A stretch of 64,000 nt of DNA from Azolla caroliniana (lineage: Eukaryota > Plantae > Polypodiophyta): positions 6,200,001 through 6,264,000 of the forward strand of contig JBHGNT010000014.1 in assembly GCA_043228905.1 (NCBI GenBank), written 5' to 3'. The translations under genes were made by a program, and so were the position numbers. The notes under the pieces were generated by a model that worked only from the letters and a program-made list of their open reading frames with translations, was not told where the DNA came from and searched no databases. Below are positions 23,939 through 36,792 of this stretch, in pieces (the stretch's first letter is position 1; every line of letters starts with the position of its first letter).

Positions 23939-25287
23939 TGTCGTGAAGATCTGTCACTACATGCGGATCGCGAGGCGGAACCGCCGGAGTTCTGGACCGG
24001 AAGGATTCGAAGGAAAGGATTTAAGATAGATTGAAAGAGAGAGAGATTGAGATAAGATAGAACGCTTGATTTTAGATTGAGAGAGAGATTAAGATTGAAC
24101 TCTTGACTTTAGATTTGACGAACAAGGTATATCATCAAAAGGATAACGAATTTTCTTCTTAATTTTTATATAAAGTACAAAGCTCTTGATAAGAATTTTA
24201 CATTCCCCTTCATCTTTTTCCTCCCCTCTTTTATAGATGCCCTCATGCATTTGAGGGTACAAGACATGCATAAAATGCATGTTTGCCATTTGGCGCTCAT
24301 GTATTATATGTGGTGCATGATAACCATGTCACTCATTTTAGCTCTCATGTATGAGAATTTACATGTAAATTTACAATGACAAAAATATAATGTGTTAAAG
24401 AAATGGTTTGGCTTAATGGTAAGCCTATTGCTTCTTATCTTGGAGGTGTGAAGTTCGAGTTTTGCTTACATCTTTTTCTTTTATGCACAAAATACTATTA
24501 GGCTTTTGCATCAAATATCTTTAAGACACCATGCACCGCGATCAACCGACACGACCGATCTGTCCGATTTGCATCCGTTTGGTCCGGCCCAATCCGCATC
24601 CCGAGTCGCTTGCCGGTCACCTGCTCTACCGCCGGTTGCCGCTGGCTCACCGTCCCCGGCTCGCCGGCTCCATCACCGGTTGTCGCCGGCTCACTGGATC
24701 TGCCACCGGTTGCCAGATCATCGGTCACCGGTTCCGTCGCCAGTTGCCGAATCACTGGTTCCGTCGCTGGTTGCCGGATCCATCTGGTCAACGGTAGCCG
24801 AATGCATCTGGTCACCGATTGCCGGCTCCATCTGGTTTCCGATTCTATCGTCAACCAATTTGAGTTTTTTCACCAACCGGTTCGGGTATTTAGCCACATT
24901 CGACGACTTAGCCACATATGTCCATCTAGACAAAAGTGGCTCAAGTCCAACTATTTCTTATGTGCTCTTAACACATAGATGAATTATGATGGATCTCAAT
25001 CTGCTATATGTAGTTGGGCCTAAACTTTTCCTTTCTATGTGGGATATTTCACACTTTTATTTTTCTCTTTTCCTTCACAAACTTCCTACCCACATAACTT
25101 GAGACTTAGATGTTTGTTTATTATGTAGTAAGGTGCATTCGAAAGCTCTTGCAGACCTCCATCTTTTTGTACTAAGATATTAAACATATTTTAAATAGTA
25201 TTTTCACTATTATTGTTTTATATGATTCATACTCGATTTCGTATGTTTTATGTGATTTTCACACCATTGCCGAAAATCTTCACGACA
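23939..25287 (-). mobile_element. Gypsy-lineage solo LTR (flanks do not match)
   Basis: 12-bp terminal inverted repeat TGTCGTGAAGAT/ATCTTCACGACA; end resembles LTR 49415; shares a block with 21990-23261 in the opposite orientation; CCGG-rich array ~24600-24890. Confidence 0.8.
24409..24478 (+). promoter_or_regulatory. tRNA-like A/B-box cassette in solo LTR
   Basis: TGGCTTAATGGTAAG-N17-TGGAGGT-GTGAAGTTCGAGTTTTGC..TTTTT. Confidence 0.5.
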
Positions 25288-26525
25288 ACGTCTTCCGAGT
25301 TGGAGGTGCTTGTTGAGTCGGAGGCCATCATAGAGTTCGCTCTATGTCTCATTACGAATAGACCACCGTAGTTGTCGTATTCGGAGTTGTTGGCGTAGTT
25401 TGTGAGTTTTTGGCTTGTCGAAACTGACTCACTTCTCTTTTTCTGACATTCCTCTTCGTGGTGGCCGATTTTGTTGCAATAGTTGCAAGCAATGGGCCAC
25501 ATTTGTTGACCTTGTTCGGCATGGAAGCTCCCCCTTCTTCCAAAGGTTCCTCGATGGCTTTCGTCTTGTTGTCGAAGGTTTGAGGTCCCTTCGTGTGATG
25601 GGTCGAATAAGCCTCTTCTACCGCCTTAAATTCGTTCTCGGCCACCATCCGAATTTGAGAACAACATTTGTCCTTCCGACGTCTTGGTCTTGGTTTGAAC
25701 GTGGTTCTCTTCAACCAATAACATTGATTGAAGGTCGAAGAATGAAGGAGGGTTTTCCCTCACCAAGATTGTCATCCTCAATGAGTCGAATCATTGTGCG
25801 AGGCCGCCCAAGCATACTTAACCATCTCGTCTTCATCAATGTTTATGTTGATGGAGCCAAGCGAGTTGCAAATGCTCTTGATCTTGGCGGCATAGTCTGA
25901 CACAGACATATCTTTTTGCCAAATGTTGTTCCACTTTTGTCGGAGTTGAAGCTTTCGGGTGGTCGTGTTGGCGGCGAACATTTTCTTCAACTTCTCCCAA
26001 GCCTCTTTAGGTGTTTTGGCGTCTCGAATGTGGCTACGCATGTGTTCGTGGACACATGTTGCCAAACAATACATGACTCGACTCGCCGCTTGCTCCCATG
26101 TTGAGTAGTTGGCGTTCTTTGGGTCGGGTTGTTTTTCTTGTGCGCCGTTGACGTAGCTCTAATACCCTTGGCCAACAAGGTATTGGTTCATCTTGTACTC
26201 CCAAGATGAATAATTTCTCTGGTCTAGCTTTTCACTAGGGAGCGAGCTACCCATTTGTGTCTTCCCTTTTGTCTTTTCTTCCTTTGGTCACGTACACTTG
26301 CTACGTAGCAGGACTATGGTAGCCGATAGCCAAATTTTGTCATCGGCGTCTCGAACCCACAATCACGGAGTTGAGTGGGCATAATGGATTTTCTAAACCA
26401 CACACTCTGATACCATGTTAAGAATTAGGTAATTAAGCAAGAGTTAATTAGTACCTAATTATGTGATTAAGCAACGAAAGATTAGGTGATATGTGTGTGT
26501 ATGTGTGTGAGAAGAAGAGAGAGGA
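25288..26525 (-). mobile_element. Copia family B 5' fragment (partial LTR, PBS, gag)
   Basis: LTR edge at 26416, iMet PBS adjacent; gag close to 14196-15170 but inverted. Confidence 0.85.
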
Positions 26526-26539
26526 AACCCTAAACCTGC

Positions 26540-27200
26540 GGAAGAGTTGAATGTAGCCAAGTTTTTAAAAGAATGGAAGAAGAGAATGCAAGCAGCACAA
26601 GTGCATTTGACTAAGACAAAGTCTTAGATGATTAATCGGGTCAACAAGAAACGTGAACGTGTGGAGTTTTTCCAAGGAGACTTAGTATTAGTTAGTGTGG
26701 CTAATTGGCCGTTACCTCAAGATCTCACACCGAAGTTCAATCATAGATACGACGGCCCATACAAATATAACAAAACAGATCAACGTCTCCTACAAATTAC
26801 AATTACCTACAACCTCCAAAATCCACGATGTTTTTCATGTCAGCCTACTAAAGCGTTTTCATACTGATGAAACATGGGGTTGTGAGGCAACCAATAACAT
26901 GACATGCGAACCAGAGGCCATATTAAAGGCACAAGTTCGTAGAGGGAGAAGACACTACTTGATCAAGTGGCAAGGGTGATCATTGGCGAAAGCTTCATGG
27001 GTTTCTAAGGACGTGCTACGACAAGCAGGTTTCGAGTGGTTAATGGAGCCACTAAACCATAGTTAACACGGGGGCTAAATGTTGTCACCATGCATTAGTT
27101 TCATGGTCGAAACTCTCACCCTTGGGGGGAGAGTGTTACATCTGTTAGGTATTTTACCTAAAATAAAGAAACTGTTATAAATAAAGAACCTTGGAAGTAC
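26540..27200 (+). mobile_element. Chromovirus (Ty3/gypsy) 3' fragment: integrase C-terminus, chromodomain, PPT, LTR start
   Basis: GDLVLV..PKF..DGPY, YKLQLP..KIHDVFHVSLLK, EPEAILK..YLIKWQG..SW; PPT GGGGGGAGAG then TGTTACA at 27134. Confidence 0.8.
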
Positions 27201-27573
27201 AAGCGATTCAATTAGTGAACGTTTGACATTCCAATTATTCCTATTTAATAGGAACCTATTTTTCTCGAGGGGCAGACCCCAATTTTGGGAGTTAGTAATA
27301 CTTATGGAGCTTTTGTAATTCTTACTTTAATTAAACGATGTTTTTTAGTTAATTCATGTTGGGTGGCGGTAACAGTTGTGGTGGAGAGGGGCATTTTTGT
27401 AATAAAAAGAATTCCACACAACATTCAAGTAAGTATGTGTCTGACTGTCTTTTTATACATACGTATATGTATGTATATACGTACATCACTCATTCCTTCT
27501 TCTTCTTCTTCTTCTTTAATTCCTGTGTCCTGTCCTGTCCTGTCCTGTCCTGTTCTTCCTCTCCTCTTTGGCA

Positions 27574-27950
27574 ATGAGACCTCCCCCTCCTGTTGCGAAT
27601 CATGGAGGTGCCCAGCAGCTCCCAGCCATCCCCTACCTCCCCTTCGCTGTCATAGCTTCCCTTGCGGTAAGTGTCTCCCACATCTATGTTCATCATTCAT
27701 TATCGGGGTCATTGCTATGATGGATGCATCGTCTGTTTGAATATCACAAGGTAATTTTTTCGGCATGTAGACAGGAGGAATGATAATGATGTAGCGAATA
27801 TGTGGGAAATTATAAAAGCCTTGGACCCACGATAGATTACCTCTGAGTTAAACTTCTTTACACTGATGTGGCATGTAGTTTAGCTGAAGTGACATATGAT
27901 GGAACAAAGATTTGTGAAAGTATAAATGATTTAGGGTAAGCTCATTAGGA

Positions 27951-27985
<35 letters not shown>

Positions 27986-30866
27986 TTCAATCCCTACATT
28001 CTGCAGTGGCACATCTAGGTGCATGGGTTGATAAAATTTATGGTTTGCCACATTACCAGAGAGAAAGAGAGAGAGATTTGACTGACTAATTTAGCTTGGG
28101 TGATAAATTCCTTCAGAGGGAACAGAAAGGTCATGCATTCAACCCGTACAATCCATTAGTGCAAGGGGATTGGCCAGATGAAAGTAGCTCAGTTGGTAAG
28201 GTCTTCTAGCAGAGTTCTGAAAAGCTCATGTGTTCCCTCAATTCTGCAATGTCTGATACTAAACTAGTGCATTTAGTGATATTTAAATCGAGCCCAGTTC
28301 ATGGATCCATAGAAACATGGCTTAGCCCCCTAGGTACAATGCTAATTCAGAGAAAGGGAGAGAGATTTGTTATATGGCTTATCACTAGGCTACAACTTGA
28401 ATATGAAAAAAAAGGGGACGAGAGAGAGTTTTCGCTTCATTTAATAGGATGTCTTTGGCCTGTTGTCCATTTTCCTCAGATCCTTTTCTCTGTTATTGCC
28501 GCCGGTTCACGCTTTGAAATCATCCATCAAATTCCTGAGGGTCATGTTGGTGTTTATTGGAGGGGTGGAGCTCTTCTTAAGACAATCTCTGAGCCTGGTG
28601 AGTCTTATAACATTGACTTACTCTGGCTTGTGTGTTCAAGAACATATAAATTTGTTTTAACGCCAGGTTTTCATTATCTTCATTCACCTTTATGAGAATG
28701 TTCTTATTTATATTTTCCAAGGTTTTCATTTGATGATTCCCTATGTCACACACGTCGAACCGATACAAGTCACAATCCAGACAGATCAGGTTCTTGATTG
28801 ATGCTCTGTATGTGGTAGTGAGTCACTCTAGCTCTTACTTAAATACAATGTTTCAGGTTAAGAATATACCTTGTGGTACCAAAGGAGGAGTTATGATTTT
28901 CTTTGAGAAAATTGAGGTGAGCACTCTCACTTTTCCTCTATAATCATGGGATATCAACTTTCTTGTTATACTATGTTAATCATCAATAAATCTTTCATCG
29001 GTTGAACTTGTATACAAGTGGCAAGTATCTCATGGTTTTGACAACTTTTCATTGGATGTACTCGTGTGTAGGTGGTGAATAGATTAAAGAAGGATTTTGT
29101 ATACGAAACAATATTGAACTACGGAGTAAGCTATGACAAAACGTGGATATATGACAAAATCCATCATGAAATTAATCAATTTTGTAGTGCGAAGTCGTTA
29201 CAAGAAGTCTACATCGATAAATTTGATCAGGTAAACACCATCTTTCTGCCCATGAGTCATAAAGATAGTTTCTGTTGAAATGTCGAGAATCACATGCTTG
29301 AACATACAGAGAAGGCTATGTTAACATAGTTTAAGAAGCCAAAAATGTCACATAAGACTGAACACGAGATTATATCTTACAATGTTTTCTCTTCCTCGAG
29401 AGCAACAAACCAAAATAAATATAACTAAACACAGGGCGCTAAAGAATGGTGACATCTTGAAATTCTAAACTTGATAGATTGAAACCTTTATCTTTGAAAA
29501 ACTTCCAACATGGGCTGATCCAAGATGGAGACGTATCCAAAGCTAGGGAAGAACCTCTAATGCCGGGTGATAATGGCCTTTATATTTCGGGGACAAGTGC
29601 ATGTATGCCACAACCATCTAGATCAAGACATCGTCACATGTGGTAAAGCATATACTGTAATGCCTTTAGAGTGTCTTGGTAAAGACACCACTTATGGCTC
29701 TGCCACTGTCCATATATTTACTTGTTTGGTTTACAGTTTCCTTACAACTTCATAGGTTTTATATCGTCAGATGTGAAACCTTTGAGTTTGTAACCTAGGA
29801 TTTGAGCAATTGGTCATGTCCGGGATTTTCTTGGAAAGTTCTTGTAATGATGCATTTATTACATGCTATGTTAAGTATTCTGTTAAAAAGGTCATTTGGC
29901 TGCTACAACGTCATTACGTTTATTTTCAAATTTCAATGCAACAAAAAAGAGCTTCAATTTTTTCAAAGATGTTCTAGAACCTTAGTTGTTGTCAGTATAT
30001 AATATTGGCTGCATTTGATTGTGAACATTTCTCAATTGTTATCTGCAGATTGATGAAATCATGAAGGATGCAATTCAACGTGATTGTACACGCTATGCAC
30101 CTGGAATTGAAATAATTGGTGTTCGAGTTACAAAACCTTCAATCCCTCCAACCATTGCACGGAACTATGAACTAATGGAGGAGGAGAGAACTAAGGTCTA
30201 TTTCTACTTCAGTGCACTTCATATACCCGTTATAGTCAAAGTTTTTTTCATTACATTAATCTGATGTGTGGTACTTTGAAGGTACTTATTGCTGCAGAGA
30301 TACAGAGGGTTGTAGAAAAGGAAGCAGAGACTCAGAAGAAAAAAGCAGTGACAGAGGCTGAGAGAGATGCACAAGTAAGTATAATTTACATGAACCAAAA
30401 GGTTACAGAGAAGGAGAGCGTAAAACGACAGGAGCAAATTGAGAATGAAATTTACTTGGCAAAAGAGAAGTCTCTTGCAGATGCAGATTTTTACAGGTGT
30501 GTTGAATACGGATCATTTAAGCAGGTGGTGGGTTTTCAATTCTGAAATCTCATTGTGAAACAATGATGTTGCAATGATATAGAGTTATAAAGGAGGCTGA
30601 GGCTAATCGACTGAAACTGACTCCTCAGTTTCTGGAGCTCAGGTTTATTGAAGCTATCGCAAACAACTCAAAAATATATTTCGGTGAAAAGGTTTGTATT
30701 GATACTCAATGTATGACGTTTTATGTTTGTTTAAATTCATCAGATTCTGTGTATAAAGGAGATTGTTTATGAGTTTACATATTTTTCTTGCTGATAGATA
30801 CCGGACATGGTTATGAACCAAAGGCTTCTCGGGAATTTTCTGGATAGGGAGAATATTAAACAATAG
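27574..30866 (+). CDS. ERLIN: Erlin-like SPFH/band 7/PHB domain protein, 9 exons, 345 aa
   Basis: Exons 27574-27666, 28480-28597, 28722-28789, 28857-28916, 29072-29230, 30049-30195, 30282-30496, 30583-30691, 30798-30866; all GT-AG, 1038 nt in frame; motifs [72 protein letters not shown]; exon 1 least certain. Confidence 0.93.
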
Positions 30867-33207
30867 TGTCATTTCTAGGGGCTTGAACTTCCATCAAATA
30901 TTGTAGATCGAGTACCTCACGATTCTGGTTGGTCATTTATAGTTTTATTATGAAAGGGCCATGTGTCACACTTAACTGATTGTCAGACTGCATTTTCTGC
31001 ATTAAGCTATTTGGATTATTTTTTATTTTGCCACAATGCCTAAAACTATACAAAAGGTTACATGATCCATAAAAGCTTCATGCATCAATGAGTTTTTTTG
31101 CATAAAGCTATTTGTATTTCTTTTGTTTTCCCATGATGCTACAACAATATGACGGGTGGGGACAAAATGAAATCAGAATGGAGTGAAATCAGTAGTTTCT
31201 CCTTTGTCAAAAAGAAATTGTCTTATGATGCAACTGTTAGAGATGTTCTATGGGTTTGTTATGATTCTGAATTAACACTAGTTTTGCATATTTCTTTGCA
31301 GCCGAAGAATGGAACTTGCTGAAATTTCTCTCATACCTTTGATTCCAATTTCATTGTCATGCAGAAAACTGCATATAGTTGGTGCAGTTGATGATATATA
31401 ACTTTTTCACCTGTTTACACACATGTTAGTGATGACATGGGGATTTTTACCCTGGTCTTCAGACTATTGGGCAGAAATTTGTTTGAGAGATGTTTGATTG
31501 GTCTGTTAATTTCATTTGGGTTCACTTGCACAGTTCAAGAGTGAAACCTCCAAACCATGAGCATAACAAATTTGGCTTCATATCCCTGCTTCGTAAACTG
31601 GTAATTATGTTTAATTTATTTCCACGTTTGTTTTTGTGATGATATTTTCTGATCGGGCATTGCTCTAATTACGTAATGATCGCACATCCATGTATAGAGA
31701 CAATTTGAAGACATCAGTGGTCCCCACTGATCTCACAAGGTATGCTGTGAGGATTGTGATGAATAGGATATCTGGCCATTTCCTTTTCTTGTTCTTTTGT
31801 GAATAATGAATGCCTTTCATTATGAAAAGAAAATACCACTGTGACTAAGTTACAACAAACACCGTTAGAGCTTTGGGGACCTAAGTACTAAGAACTCAAT
31901 CCCACCCTATCCACCAATTCAGATGAAGAATGTGATGATGATTGCCTCTCTTTATGGTTGAGATCGTGTGACTTCTCTGACAATGTCAATTGCAACCAAA
32001 GAAGTTCTTTAGGCTTTGCATCTATTTCTTCACCCCTTCTTGTGAACAAAGAAGTGAAGTCATTTTGCATATTCCGATTGAATCATAACCCCAATCATAG
32101 AACGTAATATATGCATTCGTTTTCTCAAACATTCATTTTCATATGATTGCAAACGAATGTGTATATTATCCAAACATACTTCTGTTTCTTTTTTGACTAG
32201 CCTTTTTTTTTTGGCTCAATTTTAGCAATTTGGCTACGTCACAAAGAGGGCCAAACGTGTCAGCCCTCACCATGCCTCCACAGTCCACCTTTGCCACGTC
32301 TCCATGTTGCTTTTTGCCCTTTCGCTTCTCCACCTTCACCACGTCTCTCCACCACTCAATGGTAGCATGGATTAATTCATGATGAATTGCCTAATAAGGA
32401 TAGAGTTAGCACCCATTGAACCTTGTCCTTGATTAGGACAACTCCAAATGGTAATTAGGGCATGACTAGGTCACCAAGCAAGCGAGTATCTTCTAGTTGC
32501 TAATTTTCTGAGTATGCATGTATGGCCAATTAGTAATTAGGACGTGATTAGTGGCCACCGCAAACGTCTACTTAAAAAGATGAGTGTGCTGTCTTTAATA
32601 ATAATAATAACATTATTATCACTAGTAGTACTACTAATATTATTGTTGTTATGATTAATGTGTGGGGTGGGGTTGGATCGCATGATGATGGGCTTCTTGC
32701 ATTATTCACGAATATTCATGTGATGTTTACAATTTTGCTTCACATGAAAGCTCTATGTATGAATGTATATAAGTATGGAGATGTAAATATTCACCATAGC
32801 CATATGTAGTACCATAGAATGGAACCACACCAATTTGCCTTCACCACGCCTCTTCACTACTTTGCCCTCTTGGTCATTCGAGGGTAAATAAATATTATAG
32901 TAAATAATGAATACAAAAGTATGATATTTACCATACTTCGAGGGCGTTTACCATACTTGAAAGATCGAAACATACTCGAATGCGAATGCATGATGGTATG
33001 TATGGTTCATAAATCATATTATGGCACCAATACCTCACAAACTCAAAAACATTTGGAAATGGTGCCACTCCACCCTTCTCCTTATGTGTAAAAACTTGAT
33101 TGAATGAAGATATTCTTACTCTAGTCAAAGACATCCACACTAAATTGATACACCTCTAAATTGGAAATGGAGGGAATGGATGGAATAGGGTGATGGGATT
33201 CGTCCCT

Positions 33208-33462
33208 TGTGATATGTGAGAAAGACCAACTCGAAAATATACAATAACGCGAAAACAGGAAATACACAAGATACACAATGGACAGAGTTTTACGTGAAAC
33301 CCTAAACTGGGAAAACCATAGGAGAACAGATCTTCCACTATACACAGAGAGTACAAAGAACGGTTACAACTCTTCTCTGATGCTCAGAGGATAACCAATT
33401 AGGGTTCTTGGCAAGTTCGTTGAACTCTGCCGCCGCTCTCTCTACTCTCTATATAGCGCTAC
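33208..33462 (-). mobile_element. Truncated copia LTR related to family A
   Basis: TTTTACGTGAAACCC..GGGAAAACC motif shared with family A LTRs; fused to copia C. Confidence 0.55.
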
Positions 33463-34157
33463 GCATATTTCTTGGTTATGGAATCGATGGGGATTTCCGC
33501 TATCAGTTATGGGACTCGGAGAATCGGAAATTGGTCCAAAGTGGTGACGTGGTCTTCAATGAAGACTCTATCCTCTCTGAGTGGAACAACACAAAATAGT
33601 GGGCAAAAAGGTTTCTTTCAAAAACGATAGGGAAGTCATAGAAAGACTGACCCACCAGGCTAAATTGAAGATTCGATAAATAGTCGAACTCAACCAAGCT
33701 GACAATACACTTGCTGACTCCGAATCGGTACGAGGTTCACTAGTCGAACTCGGAGACAAAGCCATCAAAGACACAACCGAATCGACAAGAGTTGAAAAAG
33801 GCAAAGTCAACAAGATGCGAGTCGGAAACATAGCCGACCGACCGAAACAACCAAGGCCAAAGGGAAAAACAAAATTGAGTCGGCGAAGTCTCTCAATCCC
33901 GAAGCAAGGGAGGATGCGGTGACATCGCGGAAATCCTATCACAGGGGCGAGTCATCCGAAAGGACTCCTAACATAAGTGGTTCAACAAATGCTAATCGGC
34001 CGATAGAGACGACTGAAGGGTCCAAACGAATCATTACGATTGAGTTCTATTAACTAGGCCTCGACTACGTCAACTACACGGATGCAAATGAACCCATCAC
34101 ATACGAAGAAGCTATAGTCGTATCTTATGCCGATACATGGCTCGAAGCCATGAGGTC

Positions 34158-34694
34158 TGAGGCGCTTGGTAGAAATCGACCGGCCACAACCGGTTTCACG
34201 TTCGGGTTCGTGTGTAGAGAACAAGTAGTACACAGACAAGAAAAAATGTGCAGACACAGAGACACCAATGTTTTACGTGGAAAACCCGAAATGGGAAAAA
34301 CCGTGAGGTCCACAAACCCCAAGAAAACATATCACTATAGTAGAAAGGAAATACAAATACGGAACTCGGAGGCAACGACCTCGAGTTCTCCTTCGTCTGA
34401 GAGACGACTACAGAGTTACACTCTTACACTCTTACTCTCTCACTCACGGTTACAGAGGCAACTACCTCGTTCTAACTTTTTCAATAATGATCAACTGCCT
34501 CCTTACTAAAGTTTTCCCTAGTTGCTTATACACAAAAGCAACTTTCTGGCTATTTACAAGTATAACCCACAAGGGCATTTTAGACTATTTACAATTGTAG
34601 TCTTTCGAAACGATATCGGTTTTCGATTACGATTTCGATTTCGGTTTCGGTTTCGGTCCTTCTCTTCCCATCCGGAGGGACATGTTTCCCAACA
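34158..34694 (-). mobile_element. Solo LTR (family A-related) inserted in copia C RT
   Basis: Ends CCCATCCGGAGGGAC..CCCAACA like family A LTRs; CTGAG duplicated; interrupts EAMRS|EMDSI. Confidence 0.8.
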
Positions 34695-36792
34695 CTGAGA
34701 TGGACTCAATTCATAAGAATCAAACATGGGAGTTGGTTTAACTACCAACCGGAAGGAAGCCGATACCCTTTAAATGGTTTTTTCGGTACAAATATTTATC
34801 CGATTTGGAAAAACCTAAATACAAAACTCGGCTCGTCGCAAAGGGCTTCAACAAGAACGTGGAGTCGACTACGACAAAATATTTTCTCTAGTAGTCAAGT
34901 AGACCATCCTTTGACTCCTACTCGGGGTTGTTGCAACAGAGGACCTAGAGCTTGAGGAACTCGACGTAAAGATGATATTCCTACACGGAGACTTGGAAGA
35001 GGACATTTACATGTCCCAACCGACAGGCTTCTCAGCAATGGGAGAGGAAAGTCACCTCTCATGTCAATTGAAGAAAAGCCTATACGGCTTAGAATAAGCG
35101 TTAAGGATGTGGTACCAGAAGGTCGTCTCCTACATCCGACAACTCGGTTACAGTTGGTTTGACTCCGACCCATGTTTATAGACTCGGCAACTGGCTAACG
35201 AGTCTTAGATTTATGTGATCCTATATATCAACGACATGTTGATTGCAGGGAGATATCAAGCTGAAATCGGAATGCTAAAGTGGAGCCTTCACGACAAGTT
35301 CGTGATGAAGGAACTCGGACAAGCCCGACACATACTGGGCATGAGGATCGAGTGAAATTGGAAAATGAAGACTCTCCTACTCTCCTAGTCTGACTACATC
35401 CGAATGGTGCTAAGGCATTTCAACATGGAGCACGCAAAGCCAACACCAACACCGCTTCGGTCGTCGATCCGACTATCGGACAAAGACTCTCCTTTGACGG
35501 ACAAGGAGAGAGGGCTCAATGGAAAGCTACCCTACGCATTGGCAATAGGAAGTATCATGTACGCAATGGTGGCGACTTGACCCGATCTTGCATATGTCGT
35601 GGGGGTTGTCAGCCGGTACATGTCTAATCTAGGACGGAAGCACTAGGAGGCCGTCAAACACATTTTCAGGTACCTAAAAGGAACCAAAGATGCACAACTG
35701 ACTTTCGGATCGGCAAACCCAACCAAAGCCGAAGGCTATACCGACTCCGACTACACTGAGAACACGGATAATCGGAACTCGACATCAGGCTACATCTTCA
35801 CCTATGGTGGCGGTGCTATATCATGGAGGTCAAAGCTCCAAGAGTGCATGGTCATGTCGACCACAGAGGTCAAGTATATAGTAGCGTCGGAGGTAGCGAA
35901 GGAAGCGATTTGGCCGCACCGACTAACTACTAACTTTTCGGCTACAAACTGAATCAATCGATCAATGCCGACCATCTATTGCGACTCATAGAGCACAATA
36001 CACCTCATCAACAACCCAGTCTATCACGCGAAGAAGAAACATATTGAGGTGTGGTATCATCACATTCGGGAGCTGATAACAAAAAAGAAGCTCGAAGTCC
36101 GGAAGATCGACACCGAGCTAAACATCGCCAATTGCCCGATGAAGCCACTCCCAGATCAACGCTTCAGAACAAAGAGGACAAAGATGGAACTTCGACAAGA
36201 TACTGAGCAAAAGAAACCCAAACGAGTAGCAGAAGGGATGTCGAAAACCGACCCGAACAGACTCACGAGAAGAGCAAAATCGACACGTTCGGAAACACAA
36301 GGGGTTGAAGAAATAGCACTGAGCGAGGATACCGACTAGAAAGGAAACAATCGAGAGGTGAACGAAGTCAGATAACGACATAGGAGCAAAAACTAGTGAG
36401 CTACGAACAATTGACACAAGGCCAAAGTCGAGAATTCGACACAAGCCGACTTCAATATTCAGACCAATTCGAACAAAAAATGATTCGAACAAGTTGATTC
36501 GACCAACTCGAACCAGCTTAACATTGAGGCTAGCCGAACTAGGCTAAACACCGACTTTAGCCTTACCAACTTGGCTTTATGCCGAGTGACTTGTAATATA
36601 AATTTAGATTAATATTGTAATCTAGGTTTATGGGGGAGATAGCCCCAATCACTTGTACATGTAAGAAAGAGTGGTCCTTTTACGGGGGAGTTTGTTGGCA
36701 TAAAAGGCCGACTCCTTCCCCTTTGTATCCTAGTGTGTGTAACTGTTGAGATATCAAGCTCTGACAGGAACTACATGCTCCGATGAACAACA

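Noticed and set aside
28184-28245. tRNA/SINE in erlin intron 1 (TAGCTCAGTTGGTAAG)
   Set aside because: A box only; no recognisable B box, tail or TSD
28228-28695. 155-aa ORF as the erlin N-terminus
   Set aside because: Reads through introns; only 28480-28597 is exonic
30900-33200. Second host gene or DNA transposon downstream of erlin
   Set aside because: No coherent exon chain or terminal inverted repeats; only short local repeats
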